This document shows positions 14,896-24,141 of a stretch of DNA of 35,920 nucleotides, in pieces; the first letter of the stretch is position 1, and the number at the start of each line of letters is the position of its first letter. The notes below the pieces were generated by a model. The model did no database searches. It saw only the letters and a list, made by a program, of their open reading frames with translations, and had not been told where the DNA came from. Both the position numbers and the translations under genes were made by a program. Source of the stretch: a virus (taxonomy: Duplodnaviria; Caudoviricetes). The stretch is from positions 1 to 35,920 of IMG/VR virus record IMGVR_UViG_3300032301_000803. One strand, given 5' to 3'.

Positions 14896-15025
14896 GTATG
14901 CGTGATAAAATTCTCTTGTGTAGGAGTCATAAAAATCTCTTGAGTAGGAATTTTAATCCGACACAAGGAGTCTCCTTGAGTAGAAACATCGCGGTGGAAA
15001 CGACTCCCGTAAATTTCTTGAGTGT
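14889..15025 (+). repeat. Five CTCTTGAGTA-like direct repeats upstream of terS (candidate cos/pac region)
   Basis: Copies near 14889, 14913, 14937, 14972, 15016. Dyad AAGGAG-T-CTCCTT at 14965-14977. Confidence 0.7.
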
Positions 15026-15047
15026 GGCCCCCCGATAGTTGTGTCTT

Positions 15048-15527
15048 ATGGGTAGGCCAGTTAATCACGACGTGAAGAGGGCGATGGCGGCCACGGGTAA
15101 ATCCCGCGCCACAGTCTACCTACAGCGTAAGAAGGTGGAGACCCAGCCGCTCGTGAAGGCGAAGGGCGGCGGGCTGGACGTGGAAATCCAGCGGCTTGAG
15201 GATCTGGCAGCGAGCCTAGGCGAATCTGCAAAGGACGACACAAGGGCCGACCGCTCTGAGCTGATCAGTAACTACACAAAGCTAGTGGAAGCACTGCGCC
15301 GAATGAAGGGCGACCGGCCAGACATCGATCAAGCGGAGGGCACGATGGTGCCAGTGGACGAGGCCGACAAGGTACTGGCCGCAAGGGATAACGCACTTGT
15401 GCCACTACTCAAAGGGATGGCAAAGCGGTTGGCCCCGATCTGTGCAAACAGGCCAGCGGTTGAAGTGGAGGCAGAGGTCGAGAACGAAGTCGGGCAGATT
15501 ATGCGCCAGGTTGAGGCAGCTCTGTGA
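15048..15527 (+). CDS. terS: Terminase small subunit (Nu1-like)
   Basis: N-terminal HTH (AMAATGKSRATVY), EGTMVPVDE motif, directly before terL. Confidence 0.75.
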   Translation: MGRPVNHDVKRAMAATGKSRATVYLQRKKVETQPLVKAKGGGLDVEIQRLEDLAASLGESAKDDTRADRSELISNYTKLVEALRRMKGDRPDIDQAEGTMVPVDEADKVLAARDNALVPLLKGMAKRLAPICANRPAVEVEAEVENEVGQIMRQVEAAL

Positions 15528-17263
15528 CCAAGGCTCAAGAGGAGCTACGCCGACGAGCAAGGATCCGCTGGCACTACGAAAAGCCGCCAGGGGTGATTGA
15601 ATGGGCGGAGCGAAACATCCAGCTAGACAGCAGGCTGACGGCTCGGCCGGGTTTATATAACACAACGTGGACGCCTTACGTGCGGGGGGTACTGGAAGCA
15701 CTAGCCGATCCTGGCGTTCACACCGTGACGCTTTGCTGGGGATCTCAGACAGGCAAGACGCTGACGCTGGCCATCTGGCTGGCTTACAGGATTGCGAACG
15801 ATCCGGCCCCCGCGTTGCTGGTTATGCCAAACGCGGATCTGGCTAGGTCATACAGCGAGACGCGGCTGACTCCGATCTTTGAAAAGTGCAAACCAGTAAA
15901 GCGACTATTCCCGCAGGATCTGGACGACCTAAAGATCCTAGAGATGCAGTTTGCAACGATGACGCTTTCTCTGGTTGGCAGCAACAGTCCGGCCAATCTT
16001 TCCTCACGCCCGATCTGCATCGCCGTTCTGGACGAGCTGGATTCTTTTGCAGCTCCATCAGAAAAGGATGCGGCCGCTTACTCCCTGGCGTTAGAACGGA
16101 CAAAGGCGTTTCCACAACGTAAGCACGTACTGACGTCTACCCCGACGCTCAACACCGGCGACATCTGGATCAACTACCAAGCCGGGACGCAGGAGACTTT
16201 CCATGTGCCTTGCCATGCTTGCGGGGAATATCAGGCGATGGAGTTCGGGCAGATCCGATGGGATGAAACGGCACGATCAGAGGATGGCAAATGGGATATG
16301 CGAAAGGTAACTGAAACGGCCTCTTATTACTGCACAAAGTGCGACGCACCGTGGAGTGAACGCAATCGCCGCCAGTCGATCGAGCAGGGTAAGTGGGTGG
16401 CGGCAAACGCAAGCTCGGAGGCTGGCCGTCGATCGTTCCGCCTGCCGAGCTGGTACTCACCGACAATCACGTTCGCTGATTGCGCTAAAAAGTTTTTGAC
16501 TGAAAAGCATTATCTGCACGGGTTGCAGGGATGGGTGAACGGATGGAGTGCGATGCCTTGGGAGGATCAGTTTGATGATAACGAGCTGAACAACATGCCG
16601 CCCGGAGCATTTGCCAAAAAGCAGGAATGGGAAACGGATCACATTAAGCTGGCTGCAATCGACAGGCAGATCGACGAGTTTTGGTTTGTGGTACGTGCGT
16701 TTGCCAGGGATGGGTCGAGCAGGCTGATTGAGGAAGGCCGTCGGCGAACGATCGAGGACGTGGCTCACACGCTGGCCGAGCTAGGCGTGAAGAACATTCA
16801 TACCTGTATTGATTCAGGTTATGAGGCTCACGACACATATAGATTGGCGGCGCGATACGGATTTATCGCGGTAAAGGGTGAGGATCGCCAATACTATTAC
16901 ATTGAAGGGCAGGGTGGCCGGATGAAGTCGGTGCACAGTTCGGATCAGCCAACGGACGCAGGCTGTCGTCTGCTCCTTCTTAGCTCACCGGCCTGCCAAG
17001 ATTTGCTGGCTTGGTTGCGGAGAGGGCAGGGGCCGCTGTGGGAAGTGGCCCATGACGTCAGCCCAGAATATCGGGAGCACATGGCCAGCCATAGAAAGGC
17101 CCATCGCATTAACCGCAAGACCGGCAAGGACGTTTATGAGTGGATTCGGGTAAAGGGCAGACAAGACCACTTATATGATTGCGAAACTTACCTGGCTGGA
17201 TTTGCGGTGTGGGGGAAGGTTATTCAAGCGGAAGCAGCGATGGCACAAGAGGCGAAGGTATGA
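15524..17263 (+). CDS. terL: Terminase large subunit, lambda GpA family
   Basis: SQTGKT Walker A, AVLDELD Walker B, TSTPT, CxxC pairs, DHLYDCETY. Confidence 0.95.
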   Translation: MTKAQEELRRRARIRWHYEKPPGVIEWAERNIQLDSRLTARPGLYNTTWTPYVRGVLEALADPGVHTVTLCWGSQTGKTLTLAIWLAYRIANDPAPALLVMPNADLARSYSETRLTPIFEKCKPVKRLFPQDLDDLKILEMQFATMTLSLVGSNSPANLSSRPICIAVLDELDSFAAPSEKDAAAYSLALERTKAFPQRKHVLTSTPTLNTGDIWINYQAGTQETFHVPCHACGEYQAMEFGQIRWDETARSEDGKWDMRKVTETASYYCTKCDAPWSERNRRQSIEQGKWVAANASSEAGRRSFRLPSWYSPTITFADCAKKFLTEKHYLHGLQGWVNGWSAMPWEDQFDDNELNNMPPGAFAKKQEWETDHIKLAAIDRQIDEFWFVVRAFARDGSSRLIEEGRRRTIEDVAHTLAELGVKNIHTCIDSGYEAHDTYRLAARYGFIAVKGEDRQYYYIEGQGGRMKSVHSSDQPTDAGCRLLLLSSPACQDLLAWLRRGQGPLWEVAHDVSPEYREHMASHRKAHRINRKTGKDVYEWIRVKGRQDHLYDCETYLAGFAVWGKVIQAEAAMAQEAKV

Positions 17264-17269
17264 TTGACA
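17264..17269 (+). promoter_or_regulatory. TTGACA late-gene motif, 16 nt before GTG 17286
   Basis: Recurrent motif. Confidence 0.65.
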
Positions 17270-17285
17270 CGATGGGAACGGAGTC

Positions 17286-17603
17286 GTGGATCGTGCTCTC
17301 CTTTTTTCCCTTTGGATTCAGGCGTCTAAAAACGCTCAGGCTCTTGTCCTTGCCTTGGAAGCAATCGCAGCCGGGCAGGCAACCGTTTTTCAAAACGGAG
17401 GCCGGACAATGATTAACGCAAGCGTGGCTGGTAAATCGTTTAGCTACCAAGTCACGTCAGGCATCACGCCCGTCGAGCTGGCTAAAGCAGCTCTGGACGG
17501 TTGGCGATTGATCCAAGGCAAGAATGACGCCGAGGTGGCCGCAATCTTCACAGGCGATCAGAGCCTAGTCACCTACCCACGGTTCAAGGAAACCACCTAC
17601 TAA
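17286..17603 (+). CDS. Putative head completion protein (gpW position)
   Basis: 105 aa ORF between terL and portal, as in the lambda gene order. Confidence 0.55.
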   Translation: MDRALLFSLWIQASKNAQALVLALEAIAAGQATVFQNGGRTMINASVAGKSFSYQVTSGITPVELAKAALDGWRLIQGKNDAEVAAIFTGDQSLVTYPRFKETTY

Positions 17604-17604
17604 A

Positions 17605-19212
17605 ATGGACATCGTTGGAAAAGTGATTTCTAGCTGGTCGCGTATGGTTAATGCCGCCCGGCACGATCCACGCAAACGCCGCTGGGTAGATGCTCAACTG
17701 GCCGACACGAAGCTGGACGTCAGCTCCGCATCCCGGCAATCCATCGCCGCTCTTTCCCGTTGGCTTTGTTACAATAGTGCTATCGTTCGCGGGGCGATTG
17801 ATACGATGACGCGGAACGCGATCGGCGCTGGCATCAAATGCCAGGCACGCACAAAGGACGAAGGCTGGAACAAGGCGACCGAAGAGTGGTTGGCGATGTG
17901 GGAAGGATCTTGCGACGTGCGTGGGATCCTCACTTACCAAGCGATGCAGCAAGTGGCCACCCGCACAATGCTACGCGATAACGAGATTTTCATTCTTTTA
18001 ACTGATAACGGCGACGGCTGGCCGATGTTGCAGATGGTCGAAGGTCATCGCTGCGAAACACCATCTTACGTGAAGGACGACGCCAAGATTTTTGACGGCG
18101 TTCGGATGAACAAGTTTGGGCGGCCTTTGAGTTACTACATCCGCACCGGCATAAACGGCGACACATTTACGGAAGTGCAAGCCGCCGATCTGATTTTGTT
18201 GGCAGAACGGGACAGGGCAGACGAAGTGCGGTCGCTATCTAAGCTCGCATCCTGCATCAATCTGCTGCTGGATCGGGACGAGATTCTAGACTATGAGATG
18301 CTCGCTTGTAAGCGGGCAGGGCAGATTGGGATGGCAATCGAATCGACGACCAACTCTGGCCCTGGATTCTTTAACCCGACAGAGACTGATTCAACAAACT
18401 TAACGACCGACAACCTTTTTGGCGGTGGTGCGTTGGTCAACGTGCCGATGGGTAAGACACTGCGAGAGATCAAAAACGATCGGCCTAGCCAGAATCTACA
18501 GCAACACATGGATCAGTACATCCGAGCAGTAGCGTCTGGGCTTGGCGTTCCTTACGCCTACATCTGGTCGCCCAATGAGCTGACCGGCCCCAGCCAGCGT
18601 TTCGTTCTCGCCCAGGCACAACGCCGATTCGATGAGATTTCAGACGCGGTGATCGAGCAGATGCTAAAACGGGTTCGCAAGTGGGCACTGGCCAAGGCGA
18701 TCAAACGTGGTGATCTGACTCCGCCCAGGGGCATGACGATGTGGTGGGAAGCGGTCTATCACACCCCAGCCCGCACTACGATCGACGCCGGCCGGGACAG
18801 CGCCGCCGATCGGGAAGATCTAAAGATGGGAATTAAGACTCTTGCCGATATTAGCGCAGAGCGCGGATCGGATTGGCAGGAGATCGTAAATCAGAAGATT
18901 GCCGAGCAGATCTACATTAAGCAAAAGGCACAAGAAGCTGGGCTGACTATGGCAGACGTGCAGATCACTGGCGCACCCGCTGCTCCTGCTGAACAAGTGG
19001 CAGTTACGCCACCGGCCGCACCGTTGCCAGAGGATTCGACCGTTCAGCCCCAACTTGCGGAAGCGATTGAGCCAGTGCAGGCATCAGTTTCATCCACAGA
19101 AACCTTCACAATGCGTGACGAGCCAGATTTTAACCTTACCCCAAAAGAGATGAATATGGTGGTGAAGGCGATCGGGATCGGGGCAAAGCCAAAAACAAAA
19201 AAGAGAAAGTAG
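17605..19212 (+). CDS. Portal protein, lambda gpB family
   Basis: R.L..N..IVRGAI, GVRMNKFGRPLSYY, NDRPSQN, VASGLGVPY, TIDAGRD. Pro/Ala-rich C-terminal extension. Confidence 0.93.
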   Translation: MDIVGKVISSWSRMVNAARHDPRKRRWVDAQLADTKLDVSSASRQSIAALSRWLCYNSAIVRGAIDTMTRNAIGAGIKCQARTKDEGWNKATEEWLAMWEGSCDVRGILTYQAMQQVATRTMLRDNEIFILLTDNGDGWPMLQMVEGHRCETPSYVKDDAKIFDGVRMNKFGRPLSYYIRTGINGDTFTEVQAADLILLAERDRADEVRSLSKLASCINLLLDRDEILDYEMLACKRAGQIGMAIESTTNSGPGFFNPTETDSTNLTTDNLFGGGALVNVPMGKTLREIKNDRPSQNLQQHMDQYIRAVASGLGVPYAYIWSPNELTGPSQRFVLAQAQRRFDEISDAVIEQMLKRVRKWALAKAIKRGDLTPPRGMTMWWEAVYHTPARTTIDAGRDSAADREDLKMGIKTLADISAERGSDWQEIVNQKIAEQIYIKQKAQEAGLTMADVQITGAPAAPAEQVAVTPPAAPLPEDSTVQPQLAEAIEPVQASVSSTETFTMRDEPDFNLTPKEMNMVVKAIGIGAKPKTKKRK

Positions 19213-19248
19213 TTGATTAAGCTTGCTGGGTAGGAGCAGGCTTAGAAC

Positions 19249-19449
19249 ATGACAGGCGTTGGAGGCTTTATCTATGTTTTGCTTGCTGTAGCAGCTTTCT
19301 TTTTGCTGGTACTTCTTTTGCTTTTGCCTGTGTTCGTTTTCCAGATTTCAAACTCATCCCTACGCAGTGAGGCATTACTGAAAAAGGCCGTAGCAGAACT
19401 AGAAAAGATTAACGCCCACCTGACTCCTCCGCTTCCTCCGCAGGAGTAA
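19249..19449 (+). CDS. Small membrane protein (moron-like)
   Basis: Long Leu/Phe-rich TM, inserted between portal and protease. Confidence 0.6.
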   Translation: MTGVGGFIYVLLAVAAFFLLVLLLLLPVFVFQISNSSLRSEALLKKAVAELEKINAHLTPPLPPQE

Positions 19450-19450
19450 T

Positions 19451-19456
19451 TTGACA
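19451..19456 (+). promoter_or_regulatory. TTGACA late-gene motif, 14 nt before ATG 19471
   Basis: Recurrent motif. Confidence 0.65.
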
Positions 19457-19470
19457 CGCCATGCGCGGGC

Positions 19471-20358
19471 ATGGCTCAATAACTATTTAAGGGAATTTCC
19501 GTCATCACCGCTGGCCCTGCTTTGGGTCACGGGATGGTTATCGACGCAGACACTCTAGAGCAAGTCGTCCGGGCTGGAAACGATCTGGGTCAGGTCAAGG
19601 TACTGTCTGACCACAGCTCTAGCGTTTCCAACATCATCGGTTACCTAGAAAACTTTACCTTAGACGGCGGCCGCGTCCGTGCGGATCTCACCTTATTTGA
19701 AAGCCACGAGGGCTTTGCCTACTTCAGCGAACTAATTGGCACACTTCCTGGGCAGATCGGATTCTCCATCAGCTTCAGTGGCGTGCCCAGGATGGCAGAG
19801 GACGGCACGCAACTGGCTGACGTCAGCACGCTCTACTCCGTCGATCTCGTGACTACACCAGCGGCTAATCCGACAGGCGTTTATTCTGCACGGGTTGACA
19901 CACGCAAATCGCTTAATATGGATACAACCGTAAAAGAATCAGCGCCGGTTATCGAAGCCGCGCCCGAAGCACCGGCGGCCCCGGCGTTTAATGCCGAGCA
20001 GGCCATCGCGGCTCTCTCTGCCCGGATCGACGAACTCGTCGGCAAATTTGCCGCCAAGTTTGAAGCGGTCGTTGAGGAAGCTCCCGCAGTAGCCGAAGCA
20101 CCCGTGGCAGAAGAAGCGCCCGCAGTCGAAGCAGCTCCCGAAGCCAAGGCCGATCTAGAATCTAACGACAAGATCGTCGCTCTCGAAACCAAGCTCGCTC
20201 GCCTCACTGTCGAGCTGGAAGCCAGCAAAGGCACCCAGCCCGTAGAGATCAGCGAAGCCAAACCCCTTTCCCGTAATGAACTTCTCGCGAAGTTTAACGC
20301 GGAAAAAGATCCCCGTCGTGCGGCGGAGATTTTCAACCAAATCAAGCTCGCACGATAA
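19471..20358 (+). CDS. Prohead protease/scaffold fusion, with in-frame TAA at codon 4
   Basis: ATG GCT CAA TAA CTA TTT AAG GGA ATT TCC GTC ATC ACC... in frame with track ORF 19522. Motifs DH, GFSISF, SVDLVTTPAANP. Confidence 0.75.
19918..20358 (+). CDS. Nested scaffolding protein (internal in-frame start)
   Basis: ATG 19918 in frame, TTGACA at 19895-19900, A/E/P-rich coiled-coil product. Confidence 0.6.
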   Translation: MDTTVKESAPVIEAAPEAPAAPAFNAEQAIAALSARIDELVGKFAAKFEAVVEEAPAVAEAPVAEEAPAVEAAPEAKADLESNDKIVALETKLARLTVELEASKGTQPVEISEAKPLSRNELLAKFNAEKDPRRAAEIFNQIKLAR

Positions 20359-20379
20359 CTAAGAAAGAAGGATAGAACT

Positions 20380-21258
20380 ATGGCAAATAGCCTCGCAACA
20401 ACGAGCAACGGCAAAGTCGTAGCACAACGTGCTCTCGAATTGCTGGTTGAAAACTACTCATGGATCGCTTCTGGCGTTTCCGATTTTTCGGACGCTACCG
20501 CCCGCAAGGGTGACGCGATCATAACCCACACCGTCTCGATCCAGTCTGCCTCGGATTATTCCAGCACGGCCGGATACGTGGCTGGCGATGCAACTCAGAC
20601 GGATGTCGCCGTGACCCTCTCAAATTTCAAACACGTCTCGTACGCTTTGAATGATGACGAGCGCACCAGCTCCTCGATCAACTTGGTCGAGCGCTTTGCA
20701 GCGCAAGCGGCCCACGCTCTCGGAAAGAGCATGGTTGATACCGTTCTCGCGTTGGTCACCAACAGCAACTACACCACGACCGCCACCATCGCGGCCGGTG
20801 CAGTGACCTTTGGTTCCATCGTCGACATCGCGGCTCAACTCAACAGCGCAAAGGCTCCTATGGGTGGACGGTTCGCCGTTCTCAGTCCTACTAACTACGC
20901 CAATCTTTCCAAAGATTCCGTAGTGGTGGCGAATGCCCAGCGCTCCACCGACCTCGTCGGCGGTGCCAGCCTTGGCGAAATTCACGGCGTGAACGTATTT
21001 AACTACGCTTCGCTGCCTTCTGCTGTATCTAAAGGATTCATCGCCCAACAGGAAGCGATCATCGTGGCGGCTCGTCTGCCCGAGATTCCTAATGTTGAGT
21101 TCAGCGGCACCGTTGCCAACGTGACGGAAGCTAAGAGCGGTCTGTCGCTCCAGGTTCGCGAGAGCTATTCGCTCGTGACCGGCAGCGTGCAGCGCACCTA
21201 TTGCCTCATCTACGGTGCAGCAAAAGGATCGGCCGCTTCGCTCGTTCGGATCGTGTAA
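20380..21258 (+). CDS. Major capsid protein (HK97 fold, P22-coat-like)
   Basis: Follows scaffold, AAGGA SD, KGDAIIT.., A.ALGKSMVD, RFAVLSP..Y..L, G.LGEIHGVNVF, followed by terminator. Confidence 0.85.
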   Translation: MANSLATTSNGKVVAQRALELLVENYSWIASGVSDFSDATARKGDAIITHTVSIQSASDYSSTAGYVAGDATQTDVAVTLSNFKHVSYALNDDERTSSSINLVERFAAQAAHALGKSMVDTVLALVTNSNYTTTATIAAGAVTFGSIVDIAAQLNSAKAPMGGRFAVLSPTNYANLSKDSVVVANAQRSTDLVGGASLGEIHGVNVFNYASLPSAVSKGFIAQQEAIIVAARLPEIPNVEFSGTVANVTEAKSGLSLQVRESYSLVTGSVQRTYCLIYGAAKGSAASLVRIV

Positions 21259-21278
21259 GTTACAGAATCATCCGGGTT

Positions 21279-21311
21279 GCCCGGACGCATCGGGGGGTGC
21301 GTCCGGGCTTT
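21279..21311 (+). terminator. Intrinsic terminator-like hairpin after capsid gene
   Basis: GCCCGGACGCA...TGCGTCCGGGC-TTT. Confidence 0.7.
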
Positions 21312-21326
21312 CCCACTCAAAAAAAT

Positions 21327-23474
21327 ATGAAAACCCCCCTTGTATCACTTGCTCTAATCGTCGGCCCCAACGAGGGCGACATTCTTAAACGCCTTATTCA
21401 ATCCGCCCGTGGCCTATGGGACGAGGTTGTCGTCGTGGCGGCAGTAGGTAAAAATGAGGCGCACAGTGTGCGTATTTGCGCTCAGGAGGCCGCTGGTGAG
21501 GCTTTAGTCTGGGGGGAATACCAGAACAGCCCAGAGCACAGGGACTGGCCTCATATCGATAATTTTGCCGCTGCCCGTAATCAGGCGTTTAACCTGGCAA
21601 AAGGGAAGTACGTCATCTGGGCAGATTGCGATGACTTGTTCGATGGCGACCAGGCCAAGATCCACCGGCACGTTATTGAGGAACGGGAAAAGGCCGACAA
21701 AGGCTGGGACATCCTAGTCACTAGGTACGACGTCCAAAACAGCGGGATGCGCCACAATCGCCGAGAACGGATCTTCCGCCGGCAGGCCGATGGGTTTCTG
21801 CCGGCCGTGTGGGAGAGATCCATCCACGAACGGGTTAAGCCTATTCCAAACATGGAAGTCGGACTGGCCGACGGCCTAGTCATCGTCCACGCACCTAACA
21901 ACTGTAAGAAGAACTCTAGCGATCGTAACAAGCGGATCCTAAACAGCGTCTTAGAGGGCGCCGGGATGAACTGGTACTACATCGGCATGGAGTCGTTTCT
22001 GCGGAACGATTACCAGACTGCCATCGGGCCAGTGCTCCTTGCCTTGGAGCATCCAGACTTAGGTATCACGGAACGCTACCAGCTTCTGTGCATGGCAGGC
22101 GTGATGTGTGCGGATCCTGCCAAACGCAGGAAATATCTGGGCGAGGCTGTGATGATTCAACCCACACGACGCGAGGCTTACGGCCACTACGCGACGCAAC
22201 TGATGGACGACGGCAACTACCACGAAGCAGTGCGACTGCTTCAGATGATTATGACGCTCACGCCACCGGCCGGAGTGATCTGGAACTTGGACGCAAAGTG
22301 GTACGGCCACATGCCAAATTTCTTGCTGGAACAATCGCTCCGGGTAGTCGGCCAAACAGCCGACGCAGATCGATGCCTTAAAGAAGCGTTCCGCGCAGCC
22401 TGGGGACAGATCACTATCATCTACCAGGGCGATTTGCCAGACGTAGTGCGGGCATCAAAACTGATGATGGACACATCCGATCAGCCCGCTGGCTTACAGC
22501 ACATATTTATCACTAACCCTGGCGAAGATAAATTCGGCAAGCGCCTAAACATTTGCACAGGCGTCGAGGACGCGATCAGCAAAACCCTGGGCAGAATCCT
22601 TCTTTTTGTGAAGTGTGGCAAAGATGTGGTCGTCCCGGCGTTGCGCTGGGATATGGATCTTTTGGCACAGGGCACACTACCAGCCGGGGCCACACGCCTG
22701 CCCGATCCTATCGATCAAACGGGTAGCGTCATCGTCGGCCTTACCACTACGCCTACCCGCATCGGCAAGATCCTACCCACGATCCAGAGCCTGCTGGCGC
22801 AATCGCGCCCGGCCGATCAGATCATTCTGTCTGTGCCTGAAAAGCTGGCACGAACAGGCGAACGGTTTGGGGATATTCCAAAAGAGCTACAGGCGCTGGC
22901 CGATGCTGGTAAATTAGAAATTCACCGCACAAAGGACTACGGCCCGGCGACAAAGTTTATCGGCCCGCTAGAAGTGGGCGGGGATCCCGACGACATGATT
23001 TGCTGGCTAGATGACGACATTCTCTACAGTCCACTGCTTTTGCAGACCCTCTCCGAAGAATTAGATACCAGACCAAAAACGGCGTTAGGCGTTTGCGGAT
23101 TTTTTATGACAGGCAGCACTGGTTACGCCATCGCCCCCGATCACGGCGGCCATGCCGAGATTCTGGAAGGATTCGGCGGCGTGATGTGTCGGCGTTCGGA
23201 CATGCCGAAGGCCGATCTGTGGCCAGCCATTCCCGCTAGTGAGTTCGCCGGCCTAAGTCCCGTGGCTCGTGCCAAGTTTCTTGCCGACGATTACATGATG
23301 AGCACGGAACTGCGGAAGGCTGGGACAGCCACGCTAGTCTGCAACACGCCTGAACTAAATCGTGGTAACTCTCTAAAGATTCGGCCGGAAGGATTGGGCG
23401 CCGACGCCTTACAAAACAACAAAGGCACTGGCGGCAATCTGGCGGCCTACGCCTTGCTAAAGGCAAATGGATAA
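21327..23474 (+). CDS. Bifunctional glycosyltransferase: GT2 + TPR-like repeats + second GT-A domain
   Basis: FAAARNQAF..AKGKYVIWADCDD, WERSIHE; helical repeats; LTTTPTRI, DYGPATK, WLDDDILY, ADD. Confidence 0.85.
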   Translation: MKTPLVSLALIVGPNEGDILKRLIQSARGLWDEVVVVAAVGKNEAHSVRICAQEAAGEALVWGEYQNSPEHRDWPHIDNFAAARNQAFNLAKGKYVIWADCDDLFDGDQAKIHRHVIEEREKADKGWDILVTRYDVQNSGMRHNRRERIFRRQADGFLPAVWERSIHERVKPIPNMEVGLADGLVIVHAPNNCKKNSSDRNKRILNSVLEGAGMNWYYIGMESFLRNDYQTAIGPVLLALEHPDLGITERYQLLCMAGVMCADPAKRRKYLGEAVMIQPTRREAYGHYATQLMDDGNYHEAVRLLQMIMTLTPPAGVIWNLDAKWYGHMPNFLLEQSLRVVGQTADADRCLKEAFRAAWGQITIIYQGDLPDVVRASKLMMDTSDQPAGLQHIFITNPGEDKFGKRLNICTGVEDAISKTLGRILLFVKCGKDVVVPALRWDMDLLAQGTLPAGATRLPDPIDQTGSVIVGLTTTPTRIGKILPTIQSLLAQSRPADQIILSVPEKLARTGERFGDIPKELQALADAGKLEIHRTKDYGPATKFIGPLEVGGDPDDMICWLDDDILYSPLLLQTLSEELDTRPKTALGVCGFFMTGSTGYAIAPDHGGHAEILEGFGGVMCRRSDMPKADLWPAIPASEFAGLSPVARAKFLADDYMMSTELRKAGTATLVCNTPELNRGNSLKIRPEGLGADALQNNKGTGGNLAAYALLKANG

Positions 23475-24141
23475 GACGCTTACGTTATCGGGCTACAATC
23501 GGCCCACATACTTTGCCCAGGTATTAAAGGCGTTGGCGTGGTGCGACGGCGTGGGTGAGTACGAGATCACCGCCATTCTAGATCCGTCGGACAAGACGGC
23601 AGAGCTTTCCGAAATTGCCAAGGGGCACGGCATCGGCGTGCACATTCCAGATCATCACATGGGCTGCGGATCTGCCATTCAGTACGCGATGACGTTCGGG
23701 TTTAGAAAATCGGATTACCACATTCACTTAGAGGACGACACCGTTCCTAGCCCAGACTGCTTGCGTTGGTTTGAGTGGGCAGGGCAGAACTCTGGCCCAA
23801 AAGTGCTCACGGTATCTGGCTACAATCAACACGGCGGCGATGCCCAGAACGACGCCAGCGGATTCAGAAACTGGTTCACACCTTGGGGCTGGGCAACCTG
23901 GCGCGATCGATTTGAAAGACATCTGGTTCCCGCATGGGATTGCAACTTCTGGGACGGATCCGTTCAGCGGGTGCGTGAACGGACGGGTATGGGTGAACTA
24001 TTCCCGCACGTCAGTCGGATTCAAAACATCGGGGCAGAGGGTGGCACGTTTTGTCCAGGGCCACAGTTTCACAAGGAACATCAACACGCTACCCGCGTCG
24101 CCACGGCCAAGGAAACAAAGTGGAAAAACTACAACACCTAA
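23467..24141 (+). CDS. GT-A glycosyltransferase (GT13/GnT-I-like motifs)
   Basis: YNRPTYF..VL..L, HLEDD, FTPWGWATW, SRIQNIG. Confidence 0.8.
   Translation: MDKTLTLSGYNRPTYFAQVLKALAWCDGVGEYEITAILDPSDKTAELSEIAKGHGIGVHIPDHHMGCGSAIQYAMTFGFRKSDYHIHLEDDTVPSPDCLRWFEWAGQNSGPKVLTVSGYNQHGGDAQNDASGFRNWFTPWGWATWRDRFERHLVPAWDCNFWDGSVQRVRERTGMGELFPHVSRIQNIGAEGGTFCPGPQFHKEHQHATRVATAKETKWKNYNT

Noticed and set aside
14889-15025. Mini CRISPR array
   Set aside because: Repeats are about 10 nt, degenerate and irregularly spaced, and no cas operon is present. Position fits a packaging site.
14841-15068. Minus-strand ORF with TQE repeats
   Set aside because: It is simply the translation of the non-coding CTCTTGAGT repeats.
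19480-19482. Genome-wide stop-codon reassignment
   Set aside because: TAA, TAG and TGA all end genes normally elsewhere. This is a single isolated case.
19881-20414. 177-aa minus-strand ORF
   Set aside because: Antisense shadow of the low-complexity, codon-biased scaffold. No initiation signal.
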